A stretch of 59,380 nt of DNA, counting the filler, from Sphacelaria rigidula (lineage: Eukaryota), in assembly GCA_964200075.2 (NCBI GenBank). It is 8 parts of 8 records of this genome, joined end to end, with 100 filler letters (N's around TTAATTAATTAA, not from the genome) between each part and the next. Parts side by side here need not be neighbours in the genome. Positions count along the whole stretch, not along the records: positions 29,741 to 37,075 come from CAXNAA020015387.1; positions 37,176 to 44,510 come from CAXNAA020015388.1; positions 44,611 to 51,945 come from CAXNAA020015389.1; 5 more parts are not named here. One strand, given 5' to 3'. Below the pieces are notes generated by a model. It saw nothing but the letters and a program-made list of their open reading frames with translations, was not told the DNA's origin and made no database searches. The position numbers and the translations under genes were made by a program. This document shows, one piece after another, positions 34,959-47,808 of the stretch. The stretch's first letter is position 1, and the number at the start of each line of letters is the position of its first letter.

Positions 34959-37900
34959 TAAGCTATTGTTTGTTTTGGTCGTTGAACCCCTCCCCTTCCT
35001 CCGAACGACTCCATTGTCTCAACGATATTAACCAATCTCGCCCCTGTTCAGGAATATTCCGGCAGTATAAAACTGAGAATTTTCGTCGCACCTACGACTA
35101 CAGCTGGACGAAAATTGATAAACTCCTCGCATCCATTTAGGCACGTCATGACAGGTAGTCAATACAAGAATAATACCAGCGTAGTAATTATAACTCAACA
35201 CCGTTATGGGCGCGCCTGACCCCCCAAAATGAGCCAAAAAAGTGTCACCGACCAAAAGCACGAACAGACCGCAGATCTCGTTCATCCCTTGAATATGCAC
35301 GCCGTGAAATCACCCAAAGCATTTCCGATTTGAGTGGGGTTCCCGTTTCACGGCTTCGAAGTTTTCTCGTCCCGGTGTACGAACCACGGCGTGGCTCGGC
35401 TACTCACCGGCGTGTTTTTGTGTAAGCTACGATGTTGGTGCCCAGTTCGGCGAAAGAAGTTATAGTGATCGAGAAAATCGCAAAAAACCTATATATATAT
35501 ATATATATATTCCACTTAATTCGTTATAAAACTCGGATGCTGGTGAATTAAAAAATCCAAGCACCAAAGTTGTAGCCGTGGTTTTGGCGCAGGTGATGCA
35601 AATATTCGTTTTCCAATCGATGACCTTGGTCAGGAGTATTTTTTTAAACAGATTGGGCTATCAGCCCAAACAAGCGCCTCCAACACTCGCCAGTTTCCAC
35701 GACATGCGAAAACCTCACCCCTGTCCAAGGGCCTCAGAATAGATTACACCCATAGATGACTCTTAATAGCGCAGATGGTTGATACATCGCATGTGTGGAA
35801 TGTTCGACAGGTGTAGAATTTGAACGTTCGACCCAACCCCTAGAGGCTTCCGTGTCTGCGGATATTTACCCCCATCTGTGCATCGCTTGTGATAGTGCCA
35901 AGAGTCGCGCTTGTTCTCCTGCACCCGGTGCCATCACCACGCCACCATCGATAGCGAGGATTAGATGGCGGCAAGTATGGACAAACTCTGAACTGAAGAA
36001 AAGAAAACCACAGAGCAAGCTGGCGTTCAAGAAGGGAGAGCAGCATCCGCAATGGCAGCACACTCCAACAGCCGGTATTCACATGATCATGAGTCGCACG
36101 AACGGAAGCAGGAATCATCTTTGCGACCTCGCAGCAGCGAAGCGAACAAATTATAAAACCAAACCTAACCCTAACCACAACAAGGGCATACCGAGAATCC
36201 TCGGGAAAGGCGGGTGCGACGTGTTCCCTAAGCAAAGTGTGCGTTGCCAGACCTCATGTCGGTGCCCCAGGCCCCGATTCAGACAAAAACGCGTTGTGGG
36301 CATGCTAGGAGCATTTTAGGAGCACAGCTCCCATGAAAAGATCCGGATTTCCGTGTTGACACTCGAATGAAGATGGACCACCTTACCCTCCCGAATGGTC
36401 AACTATACTGCGTCAAGAGGACACAAATGACAGCATGAAGTCGTCGGCCCACTTTTGCTGAAGTCACATTGCACCGAAGCCTCATTCATGTCTTTTAGTG
36501 CACCAACCCGTCCTAAGACACGCGTCCCTTGTATCGGCAGTGGTAGGTGTCGGCCGACGGTTTGTTTTCATCCCCTCTTGGAACACGATATCTTGGGAGT
36601 CCGATGAAAATCACGCATATTCATGAAATGAAAAGGCATACCCCCGGAACAACAAATACACTTGCACAGGGCGAGTCGTTCATCCGCTAAAACTGTGGAA
36701 CGATGGGATCCGATAAATTAAACTCCTCAAAACATGACGAGGAAGTCGACTAACATCCGCCCAGCCTAAATGACACACCCGGTGTAAAGGCCGTCCTCAT
36801 TGAAGTTCATCAGTACATTTGGTTCTGTCGCGTATTGAGCATGTGAGTTTGCCCCAATTTTCAATCCGCGTTCCATAAAATAAATGGTCCAGCGTTCCGG
36901 TTTCAGCTACTGTACCGGCGTTGGGCTACAAATGTTTATGGTTGATATCACTTGGTTTGATTGTGTACAACGAGAATCGGAATTATAATAGGGCTGACAG
37001 TCCCGTGGGCTCCTCGTGTGAGCAGAACGTGTTTTCGTTGAAATCGGCGCCACAGGCGCAGATTTGGGGTCTACCNNNNNNNNNNNNNNNNNNNNNNNNN
37101 NNNNNNNNNNNNNNNNNNNTTAATTAATTAANNNNNNNNNNNNNNNNNNNNNNNNNNNNNNNNNNNNNNNNNNNNGGTTGCAAGTCGGGTTGCCCACTTG
37201 AGCCTCATCTCAGAGTTAAACCGCATTTCGCACAATTTGCTGTTTTTTTATTAACTCGGAAGGTGACAAGTAGGTACGTTTTTGTGTGTACCCTTGTGCT
37301 AGCTCCGGGTATTTGCAGGTGTTGGTGACGCATTGATGCGAATTTTGGGTTAAGCCACCCACGCTACTTTGAGGGGCATGGGTTTTGTAGGGCGTTTCCT
37401 GACTTAACCGGCGTCCATGGATTATTTAGATGGAGCACACGCTGTTGAGGGGAGGGGGTGCTTGCTCGGATGGTCGGGTTTCTCCCTTGTAACGTTTTTT
37501 TGTTTTGAGAGAGATAGCCACGACGACTGATGTACCAGTTCAGAAGGGGTGTTCATGTGAACGGGTACACTGAGTGAAAAGCACATGTGCAGATAGATGT
37601 ATGCTGACGCACGGGTACTGGTAGTCAAGTGTATGTGACTACAGTACCATCCTCAGGCCGGTAGCGACACTGCCGCCTGCCCTCACACCACATCTGATCC
37701 TTTCATCATAGGATCGACTCCGTCAAGGCACTCTTCAATTATATAGAAGATGAAACTATCTACCCTTCGACAGGGGCCACGAAATAGGGTGTTACGCAGC
37801 ACGAACCGAGAAACCGCGAGGTAGGGCAGCCCGAACAGAAAGAATGAGGTAGGGGAAGCTTTCCAGTTGGTGTATTCCCTTGGTGCCGTGTACGTGCAGT

Positions 37901-39615
37901 GCCTTCCTGGTTGCTTGCGATACTTGAATTGTGTCATGAAGACGCATATAAGCCTGTTGTTATGCCGCTGTAGACCCGTTGTCGAGTCTGGCTATTTGCT
38001 TTCTGGTATTCCGGTATCCCAGACTGCAGGTCTGTTCAAAGGTGGTCGGGTACGAGTGTGAACTTGTATATTGCAGAGATGATGTCAGCTTCGTTCGTTC
38101 CAGCACAAATGAAGCTCCCACCCTTTGACACTACCATATTATTTTCTCTTTCAGCAAAAAAGTCTAACATCGATGAGACAGATTGACTGAGCGTGAGATT
38201 GAATTGATTAATTGGATACTGGAAGGTAGAGAAAAGACAATGAAGAAGAGAGAACTGCGCGTGAGACTTTTTTCCTGACACGCTGACTGTGAGGAGCTTG
38301 TGCCGGCCTGATCTGTTGATTGCCCACGTTGCCTTGAAAGCCCGTGCTTGGATTGTAAGCCTGTGCCTGCTATAACAGCACCGCACGCTCATTACATTTG
38401 GCGCTTGAGTAAGGAGCTTCTTCTTTTGCGATTGCGTCTTCCTTCTTGACACCGATTTGCATCCCTGCTTGTCGAGCTGCACGCGCGTAGCTTTTGTGAC
38501 CATTTCTTTCCCCTCGTGTTTTGTGTTCGGTTCAGGTACAAGTAGTAGTCAAACCTAGCTCTTTTAGCTCTTTACGACTTTCTTGATAGTTAGTCCTTGA
38601 GCTACTGTAAAGCTTCTGCCCTGTGTGTCCTCTCGTACATAGTACTCGTGACTTGCAGCTCTTGCTGCTTGCTGGTTGCTGCAGCGCTTGACTGCACACC
38701 TTGTGCCACGTTGGGTCAACGCGCATCGCACGCCAGCCTCGCCTTGCTGTGTTTTCGTGTCTTCTTGTGACATTTACACCTGCACGTTGCACATCGGTAC
38801 GTCCAGCCTGCAAAACGCAACATCCCCTGGTGATTCAGTACAGCACGGTCACACGCCCAGCCATCCCTGGCTCGCGTATTTCATCTTATTGCCGTCTTAT
38901 CTGACAGGACAAGTCTTCTACTACAGGATTGTCACAGGACACCAGTGCACAGGGTGCACTGTTGCTCATAATCAATCACTGTTCCTGACCTGAGCTCCTT
39001 GCCAAATCAGCAATCTGCCGCTTTCATATTTCAGTATCGATCGTACACGGCTGTTGCATCTTTTGTTCACGGGTCGCTGAGTAACACAACCCGTGCGCCC
39101 GGAGAGGTGGCCATGGATATCTGTACACGAGATTTGTAGCCGTTCCGGCACTTTCGCTGCGTCGCGATCTACGTCACTCGTAGCTACTTTGTTGTTTTTC
39201 TCTTCTGGTGTATTTCGCACAGCTGTAGAGCAGCGCTGTACATCACCGTCGGAAGTAACAATACACGGCACAACGGACTGTGAAGTTTTTTCTCATTGAT
39301 CCAAATAATAATTTATTGTTCCGAGACATTTTCGTCGCGATATTACTCGTTTGTAACATTCCAGACCTACGTTACGTGCTCACTTGGAGCAGACGGCACG
39401 CCAAACCAGTGCCCTTCGTCTGTGCACTACGTTTTTTGGCACCCGCCCTCAGCGTTGCCCCTGCTGCGCACAACTTCAACTTTGTTCCAATTTTCAAATT
39501 GGTTGTTGTCTCAGGCTATTCAAGATTCGGCAATAAATTTCTGTGACAGAAAACACTCTCGTTTTTTTCGGAATACTTGAAAAAAACCCCAGCAAAACCT
39601 CTAAAGAAAACAGCA

Positions 39616-39984
39616 GAACCTTTCGGAAAACTGCTCAAAAGATGACCCCATTATTTCGACTACAGGGTGTTACACTCACAACCAGACAACTCTGCAGTGG
39701 TGTATGAACTGCAGAGCACTTCTCTCAACACCAGACAGCGAACCTTTCGGAAAACTGCTCAAAAGATGACCCCATTATCTTGACTACAGGGTGGTACACT
39801 CACAACCAGACAACTCTGCAGTGGTGTATGAACTGCAGAGCACTACTATCAACACCAGACGGCGAACATTTCGGAAAACTGCTCAGAAGATGACCCCTTT
39901 ATCTTGACTACAGGGTGCTACACTCACAACCAGACAACTCTGCAGTGGTGTATGAACTGCAGAATACTACTCTCAACACCAGAC
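39616..39984. repeat. 124-bp tandem repeat, 3 copies
   Basis: Units start at 39616, 39740 and 39864 and are highly similar; each contains CTCTGCAGTGGTGTATGAACTGCAGA, a small stem-loop. Confidence 0.95.
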
Positions 39985-40156
39985 AAGTCAGTGCTGTCGT
40001 GTTTTCTGGTCGCTCGTGACGGACTGTATTCAAATGCAAAAACTTGTAACCCAGATCTGCACGTTGAGAGATGCGGCGGAGTACTACACTCAACAGAAAA
40101 CAACACGGATGTTCTGCAGCATCACGAGAAATCACGCGCTGTTCTAATCGCGTTTC

Positions 40157-40466
40157 GCACGAGAAGGAGAAGAAGTAACAGCAGCAGTATCAGCAGCATC
40201 TTTACTGCCAGTAGATGTAGGCGGCTGGGGGTGGGTCTACATCAGCCGGAGCCTATTCGTGTGTGTGTCAGCGCTGTCCAGTACGGTGGCTATCACTCGT
40301 AAGGCGCCTGAGTGTTGTCGCACGGTCGAAACGCGGACCGTCTACGATCAAGAGCAGCGGAAGCGGCACCAGCAGCATAGGCGCCGGTTGATTCAGACCC
40401 ACCCCCAGCCACGTACATTTACTGGCAACGAATATGCTGCTGTTGCTGATTTGCTGCTTCTCGTGC
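40157..40466. repeat. Inverted repeat with ~90-100-bp arms and 120-nt spacer (MITE or hairpin)
   Basis: GGCTGGGGGTGGGTCT...CCTAT (40223-40256) vs ATAGG...AGACCCACCCCCAGCC (40377-40410), 30 of 34 matching; outer ends GCACGAGAAG / CTTCTCGTGC. Confidence 0.85.
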
Positions 40467-42891
40467 AGACGATCCACGGCACTTGGCAGCCCCCCGCATA
40501 CAAACAAGATCTAGAGGATCTTCCTGCACTGGAGCCCTGACATAAAGTAGCCGCCAGCTTTGTCTTTTTTCTTTCAACTCTTCCTCTGTAGTTCGACACG
40601 TCAAAGGATTCTCGCCATGCGCATTCACTGTAGTTGCGTTGGTGTGTAACGGCCACAACAGCTGCTGTTCGGGCTCTTGTCTTATTATCTCCGCAATGAA
40701 GGTAAACGTGGGGTGGCAGCTCGGAGCGTGTGCTTCCCGACTGGTACAAAGGAAGGACACTCTCTAGTGCAACAAGATTGTCCATCTACTGATGTGGAGT
40801 GAGCTTTCCGGAGGAACAAAATCACCTCAACACCGACCACTCCCAGACTTGAATAAATGCGCAAAAAGTATATCCACCTACGGGGACCTACATTTGATTA
40901 ACCAGCTGCCCGTCACGGATGTTTTCAAACATGGTGAAGCCTTCACGCGTAGTACCGGAGTGCAGGCAGTACACAGCAGTAACACACACGCAATAAACAA
41001 AGTGAAGCCTTCACGTGTAGTACGGTAGTGCATGCAGTAGTCAGTAGTCATATCCCCTGCCATGAACGTGCATCTGAATGTGACCTCGAACCCTACAGTG
41101 AAGACGGTATAATACTGTACTGTATTGGCAAAGGATATCTACCTACTGTGCTCGCGAGTACAGCCCGTGCTTGTAACCTGGCAGAGTACAGCCTGTACTC
41201 GGAAATGGAGTAGTACAAGATAACAAGTACAGGCTACAGCTGTGTGGTGTTTGCGAAGCATAGCCTATACTTGTAATGTCGTACTGTTCGCAAAACCCAC
41301 GGTCTGTATTGTGAATACTCTTGCCTGCTGCAACACCCTGGCACTTCATTGTACCACCGTTTTACCGTAAAGTCTATATCGTATAGTGGGAACCCGAACC
41401 GTTGTTTTTCAAATTTCTTCGTCATCGGCGATTTTCTCACGCTCTTCCGCTCGTCACTTGTCACCGCCCATCACATTGGAGATTTGAAGATACGTGTATC
41501 CGCTCCATATTAAATGAAAACAAAACTCATCTGTACTCAACATCGGGTGACTTCCGGGCTGACCGGTCATCGGGGGACCTGCAATATTTCAGCACAGATT
41601 CTGACTCTTTGAAAATTTAGGTCGATCGAGCCTATCTCGATCGTTGTCGTAGAGAAGCGTGCAGTTTTATTTTTTCGAAATTCTACCTACTCACTGCACC
41701 AGAGCCGAATAACTATGTTTCGCGGTCAATACTACCCTCCCTATGAACGGGGTATCTGCTCATATCTCATATCGCCCGATAACACTGCGTAACACTACTT
41801 GGGCACTGTTTTTTATTTTATTATCTGCTTATTTTTACCAAAATCTGCCGACGCTAGCACTTTAGAAAGAGGCATACCAGTCGTCGAAAGGACGAGGAAG
41901 TAGAAGGACAGAACTGCCCCTGTGGCATGTAGCCAAATTATACTAAGCCGTGGATTTCAGTATAATCGCATGCATGATTGGAGCAGTGGCAGGGAACAGG
42001 GTACCCTGGATTGATGGCCCATACCTATGTGGCCCCTTGCTGTCTGGCTTATGATGTGGTATGTTTCTGTATCACTCCGGGATAATATCAAGTGAAAAGA
42101 AAGGACTTGTCGAGCACGAGGACAGTGCTACTGGAGGCCTCCCTCGTTGAAAGTCCTCTTGTCCAGATCGTCTGGCAGAGGCTACAATATTTAGATATTC
42201 TTGCGGCACTCTGTTAGAGGAGTTTTGATGATCGTCAACTCATCGATGAAGAAGTTTTGTTTTGCAGAAAACCTTACAGTGCACGCCATGTACCGTGCGG
42301 AGGGCAGGAGTTGGTTGCTAGGCCCGGCCGAGTCGGTTTTCACAGCTTTGGTGGACGGGAATTCGCCTCCGGAATTCAAGGCGTATGTTAGAAGTGCACT
42401 AACGTATGTTGACGGCTGGAAAAAGAACCCGACAGTGGTGTTCAACAAATTTTTGATGCCGCCGACCAGTGGAAATTCATTGAGGCACATAGCCGGCGCG
42501 ATTCTGCAACAAGTGCAGATAATGCTCGCCGCCAGCAGCAACAGCAACAGAAACAGCAGCCGTCTTCGCGAGCGTCGTCCACTCGCTCGTGTTACAACTG
42601 CGGCGACACCGGACTTGTGATCAAGGACTGCCCCAAGCCTCGTGCTCAAGGTGCTGCACAGGGCAATTCGCGAGATTCATCAGGATCTCTGGGCGGTCGT
42701 CACGGTGGACGGAGCCGTGCCAACCAGGGACGCGGCTGCGGTGGCTGCGGTAGCAAGCAATCGGCGGCGAATGGTGGTTCCTCCGCTGCCGTTTCTTCCA
42801 CTACGTCATCAGGTGGTTACTCTGAATCATTTGGTTCGTACGTAGCAAGGCGGACTGTGTACGTTGGAAAGGCTAACACTTCGGTGGGGAG

Positions 42892-43460
42892 TGTTGGAAT
42901 TTGAGAAATAACAGTTTCGAATATACACACTCGAATCAGCGGTAACATCAGTTACAGTTCATCGTTAGAACAACGATCGTAGTACTAACGAAGTAGGATA
43001 TTCGTCGTAGAATACTGAGCCACTCACGCACTGTAGAGCTCGTATACAGAAAGGTTGCATATTTTCATATTACTGAGGAGTTGAGTACGAAGAGTCTAAG
43101 GTATCAACAGTTTGAACAACTAGTTTCATAGTGTCCAAGAGTTTCGTCGACAGAGTGAAATAGCCCCACGCTAATTACTCTCCAAAGCGACCCACCTCAA
43201 GGAAGCCTACCAGCTTGTCATCAGTGTTATATGGGGTAGAGACGGATTATGTTTGATTTGAGTAACGCCCGGATGAACGGCAAGCTCAAACATATTTTTT
43301 CTCATCGCACAAGCAAGTGTTTAAACAACACTATGCAGCCTCTACGAGCTCTCTTGTCAGAGCTGGGTTCACCAGTTGAACCGATCATTCCTGTCAGGTT
43401 GACAGTTGAACACTGTGTATTTTATACACAAGCCACGATAGCCACATATATATTCCAGCA
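42892..43460. mobile_element. Solo LTR (569 bp) nested in the Gypsy element
   Basis: Termini TGTTGGAAT ... ATTCCAGCA; perfect 5-bp TSD GGGAG (42887-42891, 43461-43465); AT-rich against GC-rich coding flanks. Confidence 0.92.
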
Positions 43461-44267
43461 GGGAGTGCTGGAGCGAGGGTTCGCAACCCATCGGCCAGGC
43501 AGGATCCGTGCCTGGTGCATTTCCTTCGGCTACGACGGCTGTCACAGCGCCGTCTGCATATTCGTCGACTTGGTCTGGTTGGACCGACGATTCGCAGCTA
43601 TCGATGCCAAGTGCTGGAGGGCAGCCCTGGGGTTAGGTAAGTATTGGCACCGAACAGGGTTCTTCGGCAGGCGTGGTACCTGTCGATCGCAAGGCTGAAT
43701 GGTCACGCGCAGATCTATCCTTGCCTGGTACTGTAGGTTCATTCATGGCCCGCGTTATTCTGGATTCTGGATCCGCGCTCACGTCGATCGGTGTGGGGTT
43801 GCTTGAGCAAATGTCTTCGCAGTTTGGCGGCGCTCAGCTTCAGATTCCGTCGGAAAACGGACCGCAAACGGCGCAGACCACCCCTGGTGCTCCCGTGACG
43901 GTTACACATAAAACGGTGCCAACTACTGTCAGCGTGCGTACACCGTCGGGGGCTGTATCCTTGCAGCCCATTGCTTTCGCTGTCATACCCGGTAGGGCCA
44001 ACGTGGTTCTATTTGAGATGGCAACGATGAAGGAGCTCGGGATTGATTTCTATCCGCTGGCGTTGGATAAGTTACGCCCGCGTGCTGTGCCGGTGCAAGC
44101 CGGCGTGGAAAATCCCAGTTATCCTGCTGCAAGTCGTGCGATCGTATCCATACGGTCATTAAAGAGCGCCAATAAGGAGGAGGCTCCTGCGGATGAAGCG
44201 GTGGAGCGCTTGATCGATCGGAGGCCCGACATGCTCATGGGCCCAGTGGAGGAGAGAGGTGCAAGAG

Positions 44268-44478
44268 TGTAATGCGTGAGAGGACCGCGTGCTTAGAGGA
44301 CCGCGCCGTAGTTCAAAACACCTCAGGATCGACGTTTTTCATAACCAATCGGGCCAGTCCCTGCAGATATCACACCCCTGACCAAAACGCTAACACTGAC
44401 CCTGACCCTAACCCTAACCATAGGGATGTTCAAATTCCGATGCGGTCCTCTAAGCACGCGGTCCTCTCACGCATTACA
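44268..44478. mobile_element. 211-bp MITE with 37-bp perfect TIRs, TG..CA ends and 5-bp TSD
   Basis: TIR TGTAATGCGTGAGAGGACCGCGTGCTTAGAGGACCGC; TSD AAGAG (44263-44267, 44479-44483); internal CCTGACCCTAACCCTAACC. Confidence 0.95.
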
Positions 44479-47400
44479 AAGAGAACGTGCGCTTGAGGAT
44501 AACATGCAGCNNNNNNNNNNNNNNNNNNNNNNNNNNNNNNNNNNNNNNNNNNNNTTAATTAATTAANNNNNNNNNNNNNNNNNNNNNNNNNNNNNNNNNN
44601 NNNNNNNNNNTAATCCTCCGGGTTCTCATCCTCAATCAAAAGCACCATCCTCAACATAGATGATTGGCTGTTATACGGAAGGATTGAACTAGGGCGATTA
44701 TTATTGGGAATATTTTTTCTCATACGTTTGGGACAAGATCATACAAAACCGGATATCTACAACGACACGTCAAAACCTTTCCGACAATCTAGAGGGGGCA
44801 AAAATCGTCCGACGATAACTTTAAGGACAGTGTGATAATTAATCTTACTTCCTGGAAACGTTGGACACTATAAAATTGACCCCGGTCACGCTCCAGAGCA
44901 GTGTGTGCCCCGTACATGCTTGGCAGAGTTGGAGAGTTAGTAGGTGCTGAGATCTGCTATTTGGCATGAGAGTATCGGGGGCAAAGAAACGATAGCAATA
45001 CCTTCCTTTTTTTGATGCTTTATTTTATGGTTCGAGACGGGATTGTTATGCCATACGAAGGTACGTTTTCCGTGATGAACATTTTCCCCTTTATTTGGCG
45101 GTACCACTTTTGGCAGAGACGGCAAGTGCGAACATAGTGGTAATTTTTCGGTGGTATCGCAACGTGGCGGGTGATTAATCCGCGGTAAATGGATTTTATT
45201 CAATTGTTTGACGTGAACGTGAGTGGTAACGTGGTGGAAATTTTCCGGTGGTTCGCGGTGATCAATTTTCGATGGTACCGTGAGTAACAAAAATACCCTA
45301 CCGAGAACATACGTGCACTAGGGGCTGTGCCGCACAGAGGAGCTTGACGGAAGTAGTTCGTCAACGGTGTAGAGGTTAACGATGCATACGATTGGGTCAC
45401 TGCGGCGAACAACATGGGCAGATGGCATCCTGGAGTCGAAAAAGGAGCATAAGAGTCTGAGGACACGTGGCGACGCGCGAACAAACGAGAATCAGATCGC
45501 CGTCACAAACGAGAGGCTGCTGCGTCGAGGGCCACCAAGCAAAGAATTCTGTTTGCTCATATCGGTTGTTCATTATGTCCTTAGTCGGTGGCTCTGCGGT
45601 GCCAACTGTTGTTGTGTATCTGCATCTACTGTGCTGCCCTGAATCCCTTGGGCTTTTTCCTTTTTATACGATATTTTAATATATATATATGTATATTTTT
45701 TGCTCCTTCTTTCCTCTTATTATTATTTTTTTTCGGATCAGCCGTTTCTTTCTATGCTTTTTTTGTGCTGCCTTTTATTATTATTATTATTATTATTTTT
45801 TTCATTTCTTCACGTCTTAGTCTACCATGTCGTTCCGTTCGACTTGTTTCTGTTCCTTCTTTTTCTTCAGCGAGTGTTTCGGTTTTGTTTTTCTCCGGTA
45901 CGTCTATTATGCGACCATGGCTGGATCCCTGAGGGATCAGTTAAAGTACGACGATCAAGCAATCAACCAAGCTCACCCTCTGTATCAGTGTCTGCGGGTA
46001 ACGCGGTTCAAGCGCAAATGCCAGACACACTCCTCATTCTTCCTGGAAAAGTCTACATAATAACAGCAACAAGTTGAAGTCGGCAAACACACTTTCATGC
46101 ACGCCCGTGGATCGCGTGGAAAAGAATTGCATGGATTACGTCGGTATCTGTGTTCTCCGCTGGAGTGAAGAATCATGCTGCCGGTGGCCGTTTCCAGCCA
46201 AAATCTCAACGACATAATACCGACGGGGCAATGCCCCCACTCCGTGGTGCGAATCCTGGGTCTCCGCGCGGGAAACGTGGCAAAGGAATGGCGCCGCGAA
46301 GCCAGAATGACTCGAAGTACAGGCGACGGTGTGTCTCTCTTATATAACGATCATATGACGAATGGATCCCCGGGGGATCCGTTCAAGTGCGACAATGAAT
46401 CGATCAAATCAAATCAATTATGAGTCTCAAGCCCATGGCAAATCTTCGAGTAGGATCTTCAAGAAGTGTGCATTCTATTTTCGAGGTATTTCTGTCACAC
46501 CCCATTCCGCCCAACGGTCGAGTATTCCCACCTGAAATCCCACATGATCCCTCGATCACTTTACCGTCTGGAAATCTACCGATGTTGTGCGGCGTAACTC
46601 TACCGGGCCACGATACAATACGACTGGGCTGAAGTGCTGAAGCTGTGATGATCGTCGTTTTTTATTCATTTTCAAAGAACAATCGACCACCAGCAACATC
46701 AAAACATATTGATTGAGTTGAAATGCCATTTTCCAAACTACCGACTACTGGAAGCATACTCCAAATTGATGTTTTTCATTCATGTTGCAAGCACCATACA
46801 AGCATAATGCGAGTATCATGGCATCATCATGGCCACGAGACGTTTTTTCATGTATCATGATTATTTCCTTTATCTTAACGAGTAAGTACTGATATAACCC
46901 CCAGACAGCTATTGCATGGAGTGCTACAGTATTTTCAAGAGATTAACGGAGATGCTTTTGCTCGATGTTGAATCTTCTTCATATCTAACTACGGGTCTGA
47001 ACAGTGGCGAATGTCAGCAGGGTTCGATAGTCAACACAGCGCATCCGAATGCCTAGACCATTCTCCTACACTCGTGCAGGTAAGAGGGCAAGAGGCAAAT
47101 AAAGATTGTGGTGGAGGTTTTCATTTTTCTCGCACGATGTTCTTCATGCCCCATATTACGCATGTTCTCGAATATACGATCCATTACAGTGCAGTATCAT
47201 GTAACATGATACCGGACTGCGCTCTCGCAGTCATTGGTTGCGATGTGTGCATGTATTGTATTTTTTAGTACTGCGAAATATGACGATATCGGCGGCTTCC
47301 GTCGTTGTACTTAGTCGTGGCTGATGAGGCCACCACAGTGCGGTAATACTATCGGCTGGATTTCGTCGGGTAGAATGCAGAATACTGTGCTGTGTGTCCC

Positions 47401-47765
47401 TCTGTAGAACATGAACCATTTGCCAACGGGCAACATGTGTCCGTGTGTTCGTTCATGGACACGTTGCACACGTACGTACGATTACAGTAGTATGGTACAA
47501 CAATACAGCAGAGTGTCGCCTAGTATAGAAGTGAAGAACAGCATGACATGATCTCTGCTCGCAGACCGCGGGCATGAAAGCACATCGGGTGCACAAGTAA
47601 GCACACACGGTGGTACAACACAGCACCGCAAAACATACAGAACCTCTATCTCGCACCTCGTCGTCAGTGGATGTATTATGTCGCACCTTGTCGTCAGTGG
47701 ATGTATAAGCGTGCCCTCAGCATCACGATGTTGGCGAGCAGTTGCACTTCAAGGTCTGCGCTGGA

Positions 47766-47808
47766 CTGCTGTGCTGTGCTGTGCTGTGCTGTGCTGTGCT
47801 GCGCTGTA
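47766..47808. repeat. (GCTGT)n microsatellite
   Basis: About 8 tandem pentamers. Confidence 0.95.

Larger units (their letters stand above)
42201..44510 (+). mobile_element. Ty3/Gypsy-like LTR retrotransposon gag-protease region, disrupted
   Basis: Degenerate zinc knuckle CYNCGDTGLVIKDC (42590-42631; His replaced by Leu); aspartic protease VILDSGSALT (DSG at 43763-43771). The frame resumes EERGAR|ERALEDNMQ after removing the MITE. Interrupted by two insertions and cut by fragment end. Confidence 0.85.

Noticed and set aside
35866..35990. Possible additional EamA exon (ILAIDGGVVMA)
   Set aside because: Lies in a different fragment, similarity is marginal and there is no convincing transmembrane context.
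45588..46077. Hydrophobic membrane-protein-like ORFs
   Set aside because: Caused by T-rich and (ATT)n low-complexity sequence.
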